A DNA stretch of 64,000 bases, taken from Octopus sinensis (taxonomy: Eukaryota). Location of the stretch: NCBI RefSeq assembly GCF_006345805.1, contig NC_043002.1, positions 42,594,001-42,658,000 on the forward strand. Direction: 5' to 3'. This document shows positions 23,257 to 36,439 of this stretch, piece after piece; the first letter of the stretch is position 1; the number at the start of each line of letters is the position of its first letter. The notes beneath the pieces were generated by a model. The model saw only the letters and a program-made list of their open reading frames with translations. It made no database searches and had not been told where the DNA came from. The position numbers and the translations under genes are program-made.

Positions 23257-23822
23257 TTGGGTTGTCCGGAAAGTTCGTGCCGATTTATAGTAGCTTACCT
23301 TTCGACTTATATTAGAACATGGTTGAGTCCATAAAATAGGATTTAACTACACGTTCTTTTAGAGCATAGTTTAAGCTATCTTTTCGTGGAAGAAGGTTTA
23401 TGTTCCTATAACCTGTGTTAATTCTGTAACCCATTAAAATGGAAGATATGACAGTTCGTTTTCAGCACTTGATGCTTTGGAAACCAGACAAAAATTGCTG
23501 CAGCTCGGCTGGGATGTGTTACCCCACCCTCCATATTCACCAGATATTGTTCCTTTGGATTTCCACTTATTCAGGTCTCTGCAGAATAGTCTTAGTGGTA
23601 AAAATTTCAATTCCTTGGATGACATAAAAAGTTACGTTGATGAATTCTTTGCCATGAAACCACCTCAATTCTGGGAAGAGGGTATTTTCAAGTTAAAAGA
23701 AAGATGGAGACGCATTGTGCAACAAAATGGTTCATATATGGTTGATTAAAAATGTAATGGCAAGTATTTATTGACCTTTTTCTTTCCTTTAAAAATCGGC
23801 ACGAACTTTCCAGACAACCCAA
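23257..23822 (+). mobile_element. Internally deleted mariner element with intact TIRs and TA TSD
   Basis: TA|TTGGGTTGTCCGGAAAGTTCGTGCCGATTT ... AAATCGGCACGAACTTTCCAGACAACCCAA|TA. Encodes only the transposase C-terminus (HPPYSPDIVPLDFHLFRSLQ..ERW). Confidence 0.92.
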
Positions 23823-24229
23823 TACAAAGGTAGAAGTGAATGATGAATAAGGATGGAGTATGGTTGATAGGAAAAAGCAGTATGGGGAGGTTTATGTCAA
23901 GACATGGGAGTGGCCTGGGAAGGAGAATAAATCAAAAAGTAGCAGAATGATGTACAAAAAGTGTAGGAGCTGTTTACAGTTATATTTAGCATTCCTTTTC
24001 TTTTATTCATTTAATAGTTTCAGTCATTAAACTAAAGCCATACTGGAGCACTGCCTTTTATTTTCCTTCAATTTTGATGTCGCTTTATGGCAGTGATTGA
24101 GTATGTAGCAGCTGATTTTCCCTGGTTAAATCTTTGAATAATTGTCTAGTCCAGTATCATTGTTAATCCTTTAAGGTCAGATATGGCTTATTGACACAAC
24201 ATCACAACAAGCTTTCTTCTGCAGAAGAT

Positions 24230-24615
24230 GAATGTGGCTTATAGACAAACTGCTAAATTGTGAAGAAGTTAGGTGTGATATATAGGCCATATTTGCATTA
24301 TAAGCTGTTTGATTGGTTTTACTCAAAAATTTCCATAGAGGAACTGTGTGTCAATTTTTTGCTAAATATGGCAAACTCACAAATACAGTATGACCAGCAA
24401 GTAGCACCATTGACAGACCAATGGCAGTGTCCTTCATGGAAAGACACTATCCTGATCATGTCCCAAGTAAAAGAACAACAAAAAAGGCCAACAAAGGTGA
24501 ATTGTTTGCTCATCCATGACCAAATGAGAACAGAAAGCAAGGTATGTGACAACTTGGTGTTCTGAGTGCAAAGTAGGTCTCTGCTTAGGTGCGTGCTTTT
24601 GTGAGTTCCATACAT
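24230..24615 (+). pseudogene. piggyBac transposase C-terminal remnant
   Basis: At ~24555-24615 it reads WCSECKVGLCLGACFCEFHT, matching the piggyBac cysteine-rich domain. Disrupted upstream. Confidence 0.65.
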
Positions 24616-24984
24616 GCAAGAATTATTGAACTATAATCATCATCATCATCATCGTCGTTTAATGTCTGCTTTCCATGCTGGCATGGGTTGGACGGTTCAA
24701 CTGGGGTCTGGGAAGCCAGAAGGCTGCACCAGGCCCAGTCTGATCTGGCAGTGTTTCTACAGCTGGATGCCCTTCCTAATGCCAACCACTCCGTGAGTGT
24801 AGTGGGTGCTTTTTACGTGCCACCGGCACAGGTGCCAGTCAAGGCTGGCAAACGGCCACGATCGGATGGTGCTTTAGAAATTAAAATTTAATTTTAAAAT
24901 CTTGTATTTTTTTGCTTTGTTTGCATCTTGCAAGAAAAGACTTGCTGTTTATACTTTAAGAGTTTATACAGTGTTTTTATTAAA

Positions 24985-25210
24985 CTCTTTAGCATTCAAA
25001 TCACTCTGTCAAATGTAATGCTTATTCATTCACATTGTTTTGAATGAATCATGCACTACCTTGTAGTTATGAGATTTTGATAACATAACTGTTAATTTTT
25101 TAGAATGATATTGTAGGGTTGGTGTGAGAAGCCACATCTGGCCTGTTTCATCATAAAACAGACAGAATATTTTGGCCAGATATGGCTGGTTTAAATGCTA
25201 AAGGGTTTAT
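24985..25210. mobile_element. piggyBac-like MITE (second, inverted copy at ~40980-41200)
   Basis: Ends CTTTTAGCATT ... AATGCTAAAGGGTT(T/A)A. Shared interior CCAGATATGGC and GACAGAGT. Confidence 0.55.
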
Positions 25211-25409
25211 GATTTGCTAGAGGTTCCTTTTATATTTTTGAACAATTAGGACTTCTAAATATGAAACTGGTGCAATAGAGTGTTTTTGGCTGTGATTTAA
25301 AGGTGTTATATTTGGAAGCTGACAGTATCTATCAGTTTGTGCATTAGAATTTGGAACATGCCCCAAAGTTTGGAACATGCCCCTTCCAGGATTTTTCATA
25401 CATAAATGA

Positions 25410-25647
25410 TACTCTTTTACTTGTTTCAGTCATTTGACTGTGGCCATGCTGGAGCACTGCCTTTAGTCAAGCTAATCGACCCCAGGACTTATTCTTTGTA
25501 AGCCTAGTACTTATTCTATCAGTCCCTTTTGCCGAACCACTAAGTTACAGGAACATAAACACACCAGCATCGGTTGTCAAGCGATGTTGGGGGGACAAAC
25601 ACAGACACACAAACATATACACACTCACATACATACATACATACATG

Positions 25648-25701
<54 letters not shown>

Positions 25702-26525
25702 TACGATGGGCTTCTTTCAGTTTCCGCCTACCAAATTCACTCACAAGGCTTTGGTCAGCCTGAGGCTATAGTAGAAGACACTTGCCCAAGGTGCAAAGCA
25801 TTGGGACTGAACCATGAACCATGTGGTTGGTAAGCAAGCTACTTAGCACACAGCCACTCCTGTATATCTCTCTTTACAGCATTCAAGAGAGTTGAGATGC
25901 AGAGCTTTCAGATATTCCCAGTAAATTATTTTACTGATGAATATTCTTTGTAACACTTCAGTGTCTTCCACATGACTGGATGAGTTTGGAGACTAAAGCT
26001 GTGAGCAATAATCTAATCTGCTCAGAGCTAATGTTTTCCATAGAGTCAGCATAACTAGGCTTGTCTGGTGAGGGGGTGAATTGCAGGCATTTTGCATGTA
26101 CAATGGTCAATGATGGTCTTCCTCAATCACAAGTGGACAGCTATCATCATCATCATTATATGTGTGCATGTATGTGTATTTATATATATATATATATATA
26201 TTGCACCTTAGGCAAATGTCTTCTACTATAGCCTTGGGTTGACCAAAGACTTGTGAGTGGATTTGGTTGACAGAAACTGAAAGAAGCCCATCATGTGTGT
26301 GTGTGTGTGTATTTATGTTTTTGTGTCTGTGTTTGTCACCTCACCATTGCGTGACAACCGATGTGGGTGCATTTACTGTAACTTAGCAGTTTGACAAAAA
26401 CCTCTAATGGAATAAGTACTAGGCTTACAAAGAATAAGTGCTGGGGTTGATTTGCTTGACTAAAAAAAGGTAGTACTCCAGCATGGCCATACTCAAATGA
26501 CTGAAACAAGTAAAAGAATAAAAGA
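25410..26525. mobile_element. Two family-A SINEs (25410-25862 minus, full length; ~26190-26525 plus, headless) around an RTE scrap
   Basis: Match to the 12065-12448 copy with many CpG>TpG changes. Confidence 0.85.
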
Positions 26526-26599
26526 ACGAAAGAAGAACAAAAGTAGTGATCTGATTTCTCTGGTTGAAAAGTGTGTCAGGTGCCTTTTACAATAAGGAC

Positions 26600-26900
26600 A
26601 AATTTATATTATTTAATCTCAACCGAAGCAAGGCTTTTATGACCTCACTATCTCCTCCTGGTCCAAAAAAAAAGTGTGGAGGGGGTCATCGGAGGCTTTT
26701 AGCACAAAAGGAGAGAGTGAACTACCGTGTAGAAGTGTGTATGAGTGGATCAAGAACTTTAAAAGTGGCCTGACAATCATGGTGCATGAAGAGGAAGTAG
26801 GACACCTGTCAACCTCCACCACTGACAAGAAGATTCAGCAAGCTTGAGAGATGGTAATGGTGAACTGGTTCTCCATTACTATCTCTCAGATCACTGCACT
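26600..26900 (+). pseudogene. Mariner transposase N-terminal (HTH) remnant
   Basis: HRRLLAQ..ELPCRSVYEWIKNFKSG....EE.GHLSTSTTDKKIQQA, read across frameshifts. Confidence 0.6.
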
Positions 26901-27104
26901 TTGTTCTTCTTTGGTGCATATTGCTAGTGGAGCAGTCATATTTACATTGTAAAGCCAGAAAGTAAAATGGCATGATCAGGTTCAAACTTCGATCATGTGA
27001 CCACAATAGTACCAATTATAAGCAGACATACACAGAAGGCAGTGTGACAATAATAAAGATATGCTATGGCAAAAGTGGGAATAATTTTTGACTTCCCCTC
27101 ATCA

Positions 27105-29303
27105 TCATCATCATCATCATCGTCGTCGTCGTCATCATTGTCATTTAATATCCGCTTTCCATGCTGTTATGGGTTGGATGATTTGAGTGAGGGTTGGTGA
27201 GCCAGAAGGCTGCACCTGGTTCCTATCCGATTCTGGCAATGTTTCTATAGCTGGATGCCCTACCTAGCACCAACCACTCTGAGAGTGTAGTGGGTGCTTT
27301 TTACATGCCACAAGCATGAGGCCGGTCAAGCGCTACTGGCATCGGCCATGCTTGGATGGTGCTTTTTACATGCCACCAGGACAAGAGCCAGTCAGGCAGC
27401 ACTGGCAACAACCATGCTCAAATGGTGCTTTTTACATGCCACTGGCATAGGTACCAATCAGGTGGTACTGTCATCGGCCATGACAATGACTTCACTTGCC
27501 TCAACAGGTCTTCGCAAGCGCAGTTTATTGCCCAATGATTGAAGGGTACTCTTAAATGGGCTTGTTATGCTGCACTGGCATAGGCCATGGTTACAGTCTC
27601 ACTTGGCTTCCCAGGTGTTCTCAAGCACAGCATATCTCCAAAGGTCTTGGTCACCAAAGGTCATGCTTCAGCACCTCATCCCAGGTTTTCCTGGGTCTGC
27701 GTCTTCCACAGGTTCCCTCTACTGCTAGAGTGTGACACTTTTTCACACAGCTATCCTCATCCATATGCAACACATGACCATACCAGTGCAGTCATCTCTC
27801 TTGCACACCACATCTGATGCTTCTTAGATCCAACTTTTCTCTCAGGGCACTTACACTCTGTCGTTTATGCACACTGAAATTACACACCCAGCAAAGCATA
27901 CTAGCTTCATTCCTTGCAAGCTTATGCATGTCCTCAGCAATCATGCACATGTGTCACTGCCATGTAGCATGGCTGTTCGCACACATGCATCATACAGTCT
28001 ACCTTTTACTCTGAGTGAGAGGCCCTTTATCACCAGCAGAAGCTGGAGCTCTCTGAACTTTGCCCAGACTATTCTTATTCTAGCAGCTACACTTTCAGCA
28101 CACCCACTCCTGCTACTGATCTGGTCACCTAGGTAATGGAAGCTATCAACTACTTCTAGTTTTTCTCCCTGGAATGTGGCGGAAGTTGTTCTCTGCACAT
28201 TTTCAGTGTTTATTGCTCCTGAGCATCTGCCACATACAAAAACAATCTTCCCAGTTAGCCTTCCTTGCTGCACCTCTTATGTGTCCATTGCGTACACTGA
28301 GTACATCTTATAGAGTTTCTACGTATGCCTTTTCTACAGATCGAGCAGGGCCATCTACCTGAAGGGATTTGTGGTTTGCCTGCCTTCCTACTTATTAGAA
28401 CTTTGGTTTTAGCTTGGTTGACTCTAAGGCCTTTCAATTCTAATCCTTGTTTCCACACTTGAAACTTCTCTACTTCTGATAGTGACTCAGCAATTAGAGC
28501 AAAGTCGTCAGCATAGAGGAGCATCCTGTCTTGAATTCTTTTGTTATTGCCTAGAGGACTATGATAAATAGGAGGGGGCTGAGGACTGAGCCTTGGTGGA
28601 CCCCTACCTCTACCCGGAATTCTTCACTGTACTTGTTGCCAACCCTCACCTTACTGACAGCATCCCTGTACACGGCTTGCACAGCTCTCACTAAGCATTC
28701 ATCTATCCCTAATTTCCTCATTGACCACCAGATGAGGGATCGGGGGACCCTGTGAAAGTCTTTTTCCATGTCAACGAAAGACAGGTACAGAGGTTTATCT
28801 TTGGCTAGGTATTTCTCCTGCAGCTGTCTTACCAGAAATATAGCATCAGTGGTGCTTTTCCCTGGTACTAACCCAAACTGCATCTCATCTAAACTGACTC
28901 TCTCCCTAATTAGTTGGGCTATGACCCTCTTCGTGACCTTCATTACCTGATCCAACAACTTGATACCTCTGTAATTATTTGTATCTATAGTGTCACCTTT
29001 ACCTTTGTAGCAGTTAAATATTATGCTGCTACACCAGTCATTGGATTTGACTCCTTCGTGTATCACCTGGTTAACTATATAGGTGACTAGGCTATAGCTG
29101 ACACTACCAGATATTTTGAGCATCTCTGCAGTAATTCCTGATGGGCCGGGGGCTTTCTCTATCTTCATACTCTTAATTGCTTTATCTACCAAGGTACTGT
29201 CAACTAGGATAGCTAGTCCCTCTGTTGAGTCAACAGCCCATAGGTGGTACTTCCATATGCACTTAAAACAATTGGGAAAGCATGCAACATATGACCAAGT
29301 CAT
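27105..29303 (-). mobile_element. 5'-truncated RTE LINE, older copy of the 8480-10355 family
   Basis: KAPGPSGITAEML, NYRGIKLLDQVMKV, QFGLVPGKSTTDAIF, GVHQGSVLSPLLF, LYADD. (CAT)n tail at ~27105-27140. Confidence 0.9.
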
Positions 29304-30095
29304 GTAAGACCTCTTCTCAATAAATTTCAGGCTTTGTGCCTATTGTAGAAAGACAAAAAAAGTCTTCTATTTGAATTGGTTTTAAGATTTTAGTCACATA
29401 GACGTTTCAGTTCTTTGAAAATTTTGCTACCAATTCAATCAGATCGAATGCTGATTTCTATCCTACACCCTTATAACGGAGATGTTAATGTGTGAGAATG
29501 TTGGAATGAGATATACACAACTTGAGATTGAAACTGAACTGGTATGGCAAGTCCTGCTGAGGAAAACTGAGGTGCTAACTAGAATTCAAAATTGTGATCC
29601 AGGTATATCTGTTACCTTATTCTATGGGTTTTTAGCTGAGATAGTATGTGAAATTCCACTAATTTGCTTGATTTCTGTTGGTCCATTGCATATTTTCAGT
29701 GAGATTGATGGTGAAGTTGGAGGTTTTTACCTCCACTTTCTAGCAAGAGCTCAAGTGCATATATACATACATAAATATAAATATACAACAATTATTTTTC
29801 ATACATGTATATCTTTCTGAGGAGTTTTGATATTGATTTCCTAATATTAATAATAATATATTATTAAAAAATATATATGTATATAATCGCTCATATTAAA
29901 TATATAAATACTTTAATGGTATTAATACTTTGATACAATTGAGCACTCAATATAAATTCAGTATATAATATTCTTACTGAATATATCTAACTAAAGATAT
30001 ATATATATATCCATACATACATTATTTACATATGACAGATATTTGTCCTTTTGTTAACACAACGTTTCGGCTGATATAATAAAAATAGGCCTTAC

Positions 30096-30164
30096 CTTGT
30101 ATAAGCCACAAAGCAAGAACAAATATCTTGGTATCAATTGATTTCACCTTTAGTATGTTAGTAC
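30096..30164 (-). CDS. Candidate 69-nt phase 1-1 exon (TNILKVKSIDTKIFVLALWLIQ)
   Basis: Branch-like CTGAC plus CTTTAG acceptor, donor CAAG|GTAAGG, one open frame. No recognisable homology. Confidence 0.4.
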
Positions 30165-30460
30165 CTAAAGATTGTCAGTCAAGCTTACTGTATTCACCTA
30201 TTTTGCAAAATATTCATTTTGTTATACTGTGCACGTTAAATTTATATTTTACCTATTTAGGTTAAACTTGCAGGCCACTTTACTATTATTGCTATTTTTA
30301 ATTAAGGTAATAATACTTTCTTAATTTTAAATTTTACTTACTTTATGTTCACTTTTGAATGTTGTGGGGACATTCAAATGGACAAATGCACATAGTGTAA
30401 TGAAATTAATATTTTGATAAATAGATGAATACAATAAGCTTAATACACTAAGATGAATAC

Positions 30461-32228
30461 TCTCTCTCTCTCTCTCTCTTGTGTCTTGGCATATGCTGTT
30501 GATGAATCATGGTTCCTCCTTCATTTATTTCTGTCTCCTGCAACATCACCCAGGTCTTTCTCACTCTGCACATTCATTCTTCATCTAGTCAAACATCTTC
30601 ATTCTCTGCCTTCTTCTCGCTCTCCTTCCCATCAGCTTAGTCTCCACCATGTAACACTCCATTCTGTCATCTTCACTGAGAAAATGACCAACAAATCTCC
30701 ACTGTCTCTCTCTCTCTGATAGTATCCATCAACTGTCTCTTCACTTTCATCTTCTTCAACACTTTCACATTCGTCACCCTCTGTACCCACAAGATTCTAA
30801 GCATTTTTCTATAAAACCACATTTCTGCAGCTTTGAGTCTCTTCTCCATGACTTTGCTTATCATCCAAGACTCACATCCATACATTAGCACTGACCAGAT
30901 GTAGCACTTCAATAGTCTTTTCTTGACTTCTATTCCAATTCTCTTTGCACAAAAATTGCTCCTCATATCCATAAAAGTCTTTTTTGCTAACCCAATTCTG
31001 CACTTGATGCCCTTATCTGACCTTCCATCTGATATTATCCAACTTCCCAGATATATGAAACTGTCCTTCCATTCACCGTCAAGCAACATGCGGGTACCTG
31101 TGCTTTCTTTGTACAGACATTGAGAAGGTTTTCTGGGAGTTAATCATCACTCCAAGCTTTCCACTCTCCTCAGTCACAATATTAATCAATCCCTGAAGCT
31201 TCTCTTCTGTATCAGCAAACAAAGCCGTATCGTCTACATACCTCAGATTGTTATAATTCCTTTTCCCCCAGTTGTAGCCCTGCAATTGTCTTGATCTTGC
31301 TTAGAGCTTTTTCACTATAAAGGTTGAATAAATCAGGTGACAAAATGCAACCCTGACGGATGCCTTTCTGAATGTCAGTTCAGTTGCCCAATTCTCCATT
31401 CACTCTGATGGCTGCTTTCTGGTCCCAATACAAATTTCAAATCATTCTTAGATTTTTCCCATCAATCTCGAGTTTTTCCAACATTCTCACCAACTCTTCA
31501 TGCTTGACACAGTCAAACGCCTTCACATAGTCAATAAAACAGATGTACAAATCTTTTTGATTCTCTTTACACTTTTCCATCAAAATCCTCAAGCAGAGAA
31601 TTGCATTTCTCGTCCCCTTTTCTGTTCGATAGCTGAACTGTTCATCTGATAGATTTCCTCTAATAGTAACTTTCACTCGATTCAACTCCACTCTCAAAAT
31701 AATCTTTGTTACATGACTCATTAGGCTTATCGTTCTGTGATTTTTGCACTTGATTGTTCCAGACTTTTTAGGAAGAATATCTGGAGGGGTGTTGTGAAGA
31801 GATTAAAGAGCTGGAGAAGAAAGATGCACAGATGGTACATGGAAAATTTAGACAGGCTTCATTTAAGAGGAAGAAAAATCTGACAGATTTTTTAAAGACA
31901 AAGATGGCATAATTCTGATGGATGATGAGACAGTCAAGAAAAGGTGGACCAATTACATCAAAGGTCTCTACGCTGATGACGGAAGAAAAGAAAAACCAGA
32001 GACAAGCAAAGCCGATGGATGGCCATATGATTACAGCAGCTGAAATCAAGAAGGCTATGGACAAGATGAAAAGTGGAAAAGCGACGGAAAATGACACTGC
32101 GTTTGAACTAGTAAATGCTTTGGGGAGTTTTGGAGTAGAAAAATTAACAGAGATAGCGAACCATGTATACAACTCAAGGGATGATCCTAAAGCAATGCTG
32201 GAATCAATCTTCATCGCCTTGCCTAAAA
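30461..32228. mobile_element. BovB-like RTE LINE with 5' inversion (3' part minus 30461-31772; inverted 5' part plus 31772-32228)
   Basis: Plus part ends ..MLESIFIALPK. Minus part begins PKKSGTIKCKNHRTISLMSHVTK, then FIDYVKAFD, RYVDDTAL, YGCESW. (GA)n tail at 30461-30480. Confidence 0.85.
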
Positions 32229-32434
32229 GATAAATAGAGTAAGCTTAATAGTGAGAAATTTGTGGCTTTGGAGTGTTAACTCCTATTTGTAGCAAGTGGT
32301 ATTCTGGTACCTTAATTTATTTGTATATTTTACCTCTTTAGGTTAAGCTTGCTGGCCACTTTATTATTATTATTTTAAATAATAGTAATAATACTTTATC
32401 TTATATATATATATACATACATGCATACACACAC

Positions 32435-32470
<36 letters not shown>

Positions 32471-33807
32471 ATGTTCGTCCTTCGGTTCGAAGATGACCAA
32501 CTGACATCATCTGATGGAACTGCCGCCATGAGACATATATATATATATATAATATATATATACATAAATATTGAATGATGAAAATGAGTGTTCAATATTG
32601 CATTGTTGGATATAATTTCTTTATTTGTGTATTAAGGCTACCATTAGTTTCAAGAAAAGTAAGAAAATATCTTGGTGTCTTAATAATTTTTCAAGCCATT
32701 CACACGGAGAAAGATGTTCATCTCCATTTTGGAAAACACAGCTTCACTTAAATCTCAGAGATTCTCACAAATTCACGTGACTAAAACAATGAATCAAGGG
32801 ACGTTACTCTTGGGTGACATCTTTTGCATTTACACACACACGTATATAAACACGTGTATACATATATATACATGTATATAAACACAGGTATGTATATTTA
32901 TATACGTGTATATATATATATATATATATGTGTGTATGTACATGCAAGCATACGAGAAATCTATGAGTGTTTTTTACTTTCTCCCCTTCGGTTTTTTTCT
33001 TTTATTTAACAGTCATTCTAATAGCTCTTTTGTTTGTCTTAATAATGGTCATTTACATAGTAATTTCCCTTTGTTTAACGGTCATTTTCATAGCATTTTT
33101 TGATTGTCTTAATAACGACATCCAAAACTCGGAGTTTTATTATGGCAACTGAATAATTGTCGCATATATTACAGATAAATTCCTCTTATTTACATAATAT
33201 CGAGGTCTCATTCATCCTTTTGTTGTCACACCATTACTAATATATATATATATATATAACTATTAATATTATTACTGAAAATAGCAATACTGATAATTGG
33301 CAGTTAGTGACACTACATGTATTTTCCATTCATGTTTACTACATTAATCACAGTCATGAATGTGTAGTTAAGAAGTATAGTTCCCAACCAAAAGTTCTTA
33401 GGTTCTAGTCTACTGGCTGGTACATTGGGAGTGGTCATTAAATAATGAGACAATGCTGATAACTGTTTGACCAATTCTACTTAATACAGGACAAAGGGAG
33501 CCTTTACATGATTGCTTGAATTGCTAGAAAATGCAGCCAAATTTCTCTTAAATACCCTGTCTTAATTCACTCCTAAATGTAACAAAAGAAATTCTACACT
33601 TAGATAGTTCTACAAAGAATGGTCACAGCTGAGCTGGAATCCATTTTGTTTATTGCATTGATTAAACTACTATATTGTTCCCACACAACAAAATTTCAAT
33701 ATTGATATTTGTGACTTTGCAGCATGTTATAGGATGTTGACAAAAAGAACTTGATTAAACCATGGGAAAGTATAAATATTCATAAATTTACTAGTTATAC
33801 AACTTAC

Positions 33808-33834
33808 TCATAGCAAGGATGAGAGGTTACAGAA
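33808..33834 (-). CDS. Candidate 27-nt phase 2-2 exon
   Basis: ATGAATTTCAG acceptor and GA|GTAAGT donor. In frame with the candidate exon at 35541-35618. Confidence 0.25.
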   Translation of the reverse strand, partial: FCNLSSLL

Positions 33835-34699
33835 CTGAAATTCATATAACGCACTGACCTGGTTGCCAAATGTTCTTTGTATAGTGTTTTTTAAGTATTT
33901 TATTGCAAACCACTGCAGCTGGAAAAAGTGCAGGGAATTATCATCTCAAATGTATACAAAGGGCATTTCTCATTGAGGAAAAGGGCAGGTTGTATGACAA
34001 CTGGGTGCAAAGTGTGAAATTGCTAGTTAGCACCTGAGCACCTAATGTAGGAATAGAGTAAAATTGAAAAATGAGATGACCATTCTCTGCAAAATGTTTA
34101 ATGTCAACATTATTGAACAATGAAGAACAGAGAAACCAAGAGAAAAACTAAGAATTTGGGCTATCAATTATAGTGACTATGGAAAGAAAACTGGGCTTGT
34201 ATAGAAATGTGATGCATACAAAGAATGGTAGTTGAGAAAAAAGTGTCAAATGATGCAAAATAAAGGAGCCTGCAGAAGAGGAAGCTCAAAGACATGGGAA
34301 GAAATGAAATCTGATCACAAAAATGATGATGAAAGAACCTAAATGGTGAAACACTTCTGCCCAATCCATGTCAGAATGGAAAAGTGGATACAAAAATTAC
34401 TGGTGTAAGTTCACATGGTAATCATGTGGTTCTTGGTCTGATTCCACTAAATAGCACATAGGACATGTGTTTTCTACCACAGCCTTGCTTTGACCAATAT
34501 TTTGTAACTGAAACTTGGTAGACGAAAGCTGTGAGGAAGCCCATTGAAGGGCCCCAGAGTAGAGCTAGCAAAGACGAAAATTTTAACAGGATCTTGCTGA
34601 CATCTGGAAAGTGGACATGAATAATTTACTGAGAAGTAGTTGGTAAGAATTCCTAATAGTATATCTAGTGTAAAATATGGGTACACAAGAGGTGTTGTA

Positions 34700-35170
34700 G
34701 CATCAGAGAAACACTCCCAGCCTTACTTTGTGAATGAAAACTGTAGTTAACAGTAAGAGCTACATTGAAATAAATTCTTCCAAATATTCAGAAGGTTCTT
34801 TAGACATAGTTGATAGCTTCTGCTATGTAAATGACCCAGTTAGCAATAGAAATGGATGGTCTGAAAGCATGATGACCAGAGAAAGAAGTGGATGGGAAAA
34901 GTTTGGGAAGCTATTAACTCTGCTAGCAATAAAATTTTCCCTCTAAAAAAAAAAATAGCTTGCGTGGTATTTGCATATAAAGTGAAATGATGTGTGGTAG
35001 TAAAACATCGGTATTGAATATAAAGGATGTGTGAAGACTGGAAAGAAATGATGTGACCATGCATATAATGTTTATGTGCATGAGCAATGGACCACAAGCA
35101 AGCTGAGAGAAGACAAATGCAGGTATAAGAGGAATTAGATGTAAGAGAAGAGACTGAGCTGGCAAGGGCA
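34700..35170 (+). mobile_element. Highly decayed RTE fragment
   Basis: LDIVDSFCYVND.VS...G.SES..TR.RSGWEKF.KLL similar to the other RTE copies. Confidence 0.6.
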
Positions 35171-35540
35171 TGCAATAGATTACTATTGTAATCAAATCTT
35201 TTTAAATATGTATCTCCATTAGACTGTGCCATATAATATAGTATCAGAGACTTTAGAATACCATTACTGACCTAAATGGTTTTACTGTGATGTGATTGTT
35301 ATGTTTATTTCTTCCCAGTTATCTTTCCCTAAATCAAATGACAATACCACTTAATTATTTGATGAAGGGCAACAGCCTGAAATATCAAGCTCTTCAATGG
35401 GCTTATCAAATTCTTCCATGAATTTTCCTACTGACTACTGTATTTTCTGGAATACAAATTGAATTTTTCAGTTAAAAAATTACTGCCTGAAAAAGTAGGT
35501 TCATTTATACATCAAGCCAATTTTGGAGAATCAAAAATAC

Positions 35541-35618
35541 CATGTGAAACATTGCAGAATTTGGAAAAATTGTGACAATGGTTGAATGTTTACACTATAT
35601 CCTTTGTTGACTTGTATA
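35541..35618 (-). CDS. Candidate 78-nt phase 2-2 exon (IQVNKGYSVNIQPLSQFFQILQCFT)
   Basis: ACCATATTTTACAG acceptor and CATG|GTATTT donor; only one frame is open. Confidence 0.3.
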
Positions 35619-36224
35619 CTGTAAAATATGGTAATTGCTGACAACACAAATCAACACCATTTCCTTGGGTTCCAAATGTTGCCTTATTTCTTTTCAAGAT
35701 TAGCTATCAACTGATATTAAGAATAGCTATTGGTTAATCCCTATTTATTCTCTTTATTAAAAAGATATTATCTAAGAGAGCTGGTATGGATATGTTTCAA
35801 AAGGGGTTCCTATTATAACCAAGACATCAAGGATGAATTTAATGCTTAATAGATATCAGGAGTTTTATATTCAATTCTTTTTCCTTTTTATGGTCACCAC
35901 TTGACCATTGTTACAAAGTTTGCTATGCATTTACATAGATTCAGGTTCAATCCTATTCTAAAGCATCATAGATAAAGGTCAACCAAAGCAATGTTAAATT
36001 TGCCAGACAAAATCAGTAGAAGACTGTTAGAAGCATTTCTGTTCATGCACAGTAGACCTAATCTGACATCCAATTTAATGTAACCACTTGGTTTAGGAGG
36101 TGCTTAACAAAATCGTGAAAGTACAAGACTGAGTTATGTCTTAAACCAGTAGATAACTTCCTTCTTTGAAGAAAAACCATTACAAATATATATTATATAT
36201 ATACACAGGGTAATACTGTTCTAT

Positions 36225-36350
36225 ATTTAAGAGATGAGGAATTATGTACATTATTTACATTTGACGGATATTTGTCCTCATCTTCTTTGTTGTTGACACA
36301 TTTTGGCTGATATACCCTCCAGCCTTCACCAGGTGTCTTGGGAAAATTTC
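36225..36350 (-). mobile_element. Penelope-like terminal repeat remnant with decayed hammerhead core
   Basis: Minus strand CTGGTGA-A-GGCTG-(10 nt)-CAGCC-AAAAT, a mutated CTGATGA..GAAAC core. A partial copy at ~30030-30078 retains CAGCCGAAAC. Confidence 0.5.
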
Positions 36351-36439
36351 GAACAAATATTCATCAAATGTAAATAATGAACATACACAAGGTGTGGTGA
36401 ATAAACTATTGTCTAAATTACACAAAAATGAAAATAACA

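Noticed and set aside
23178-23966. ~60-bp direct repeat flanking the mariner, considered as a large TSD
   Set aside because: The mariner has its own TA TSD. The repeats are diverged and not adjacent to its ends, so they are more likely an internal repeat of the older LINE.
32690-32780. C2H2 zinc-finger-like IHTEK snippet
   Set aside because: No Cys/His spacing or sustained open frame.
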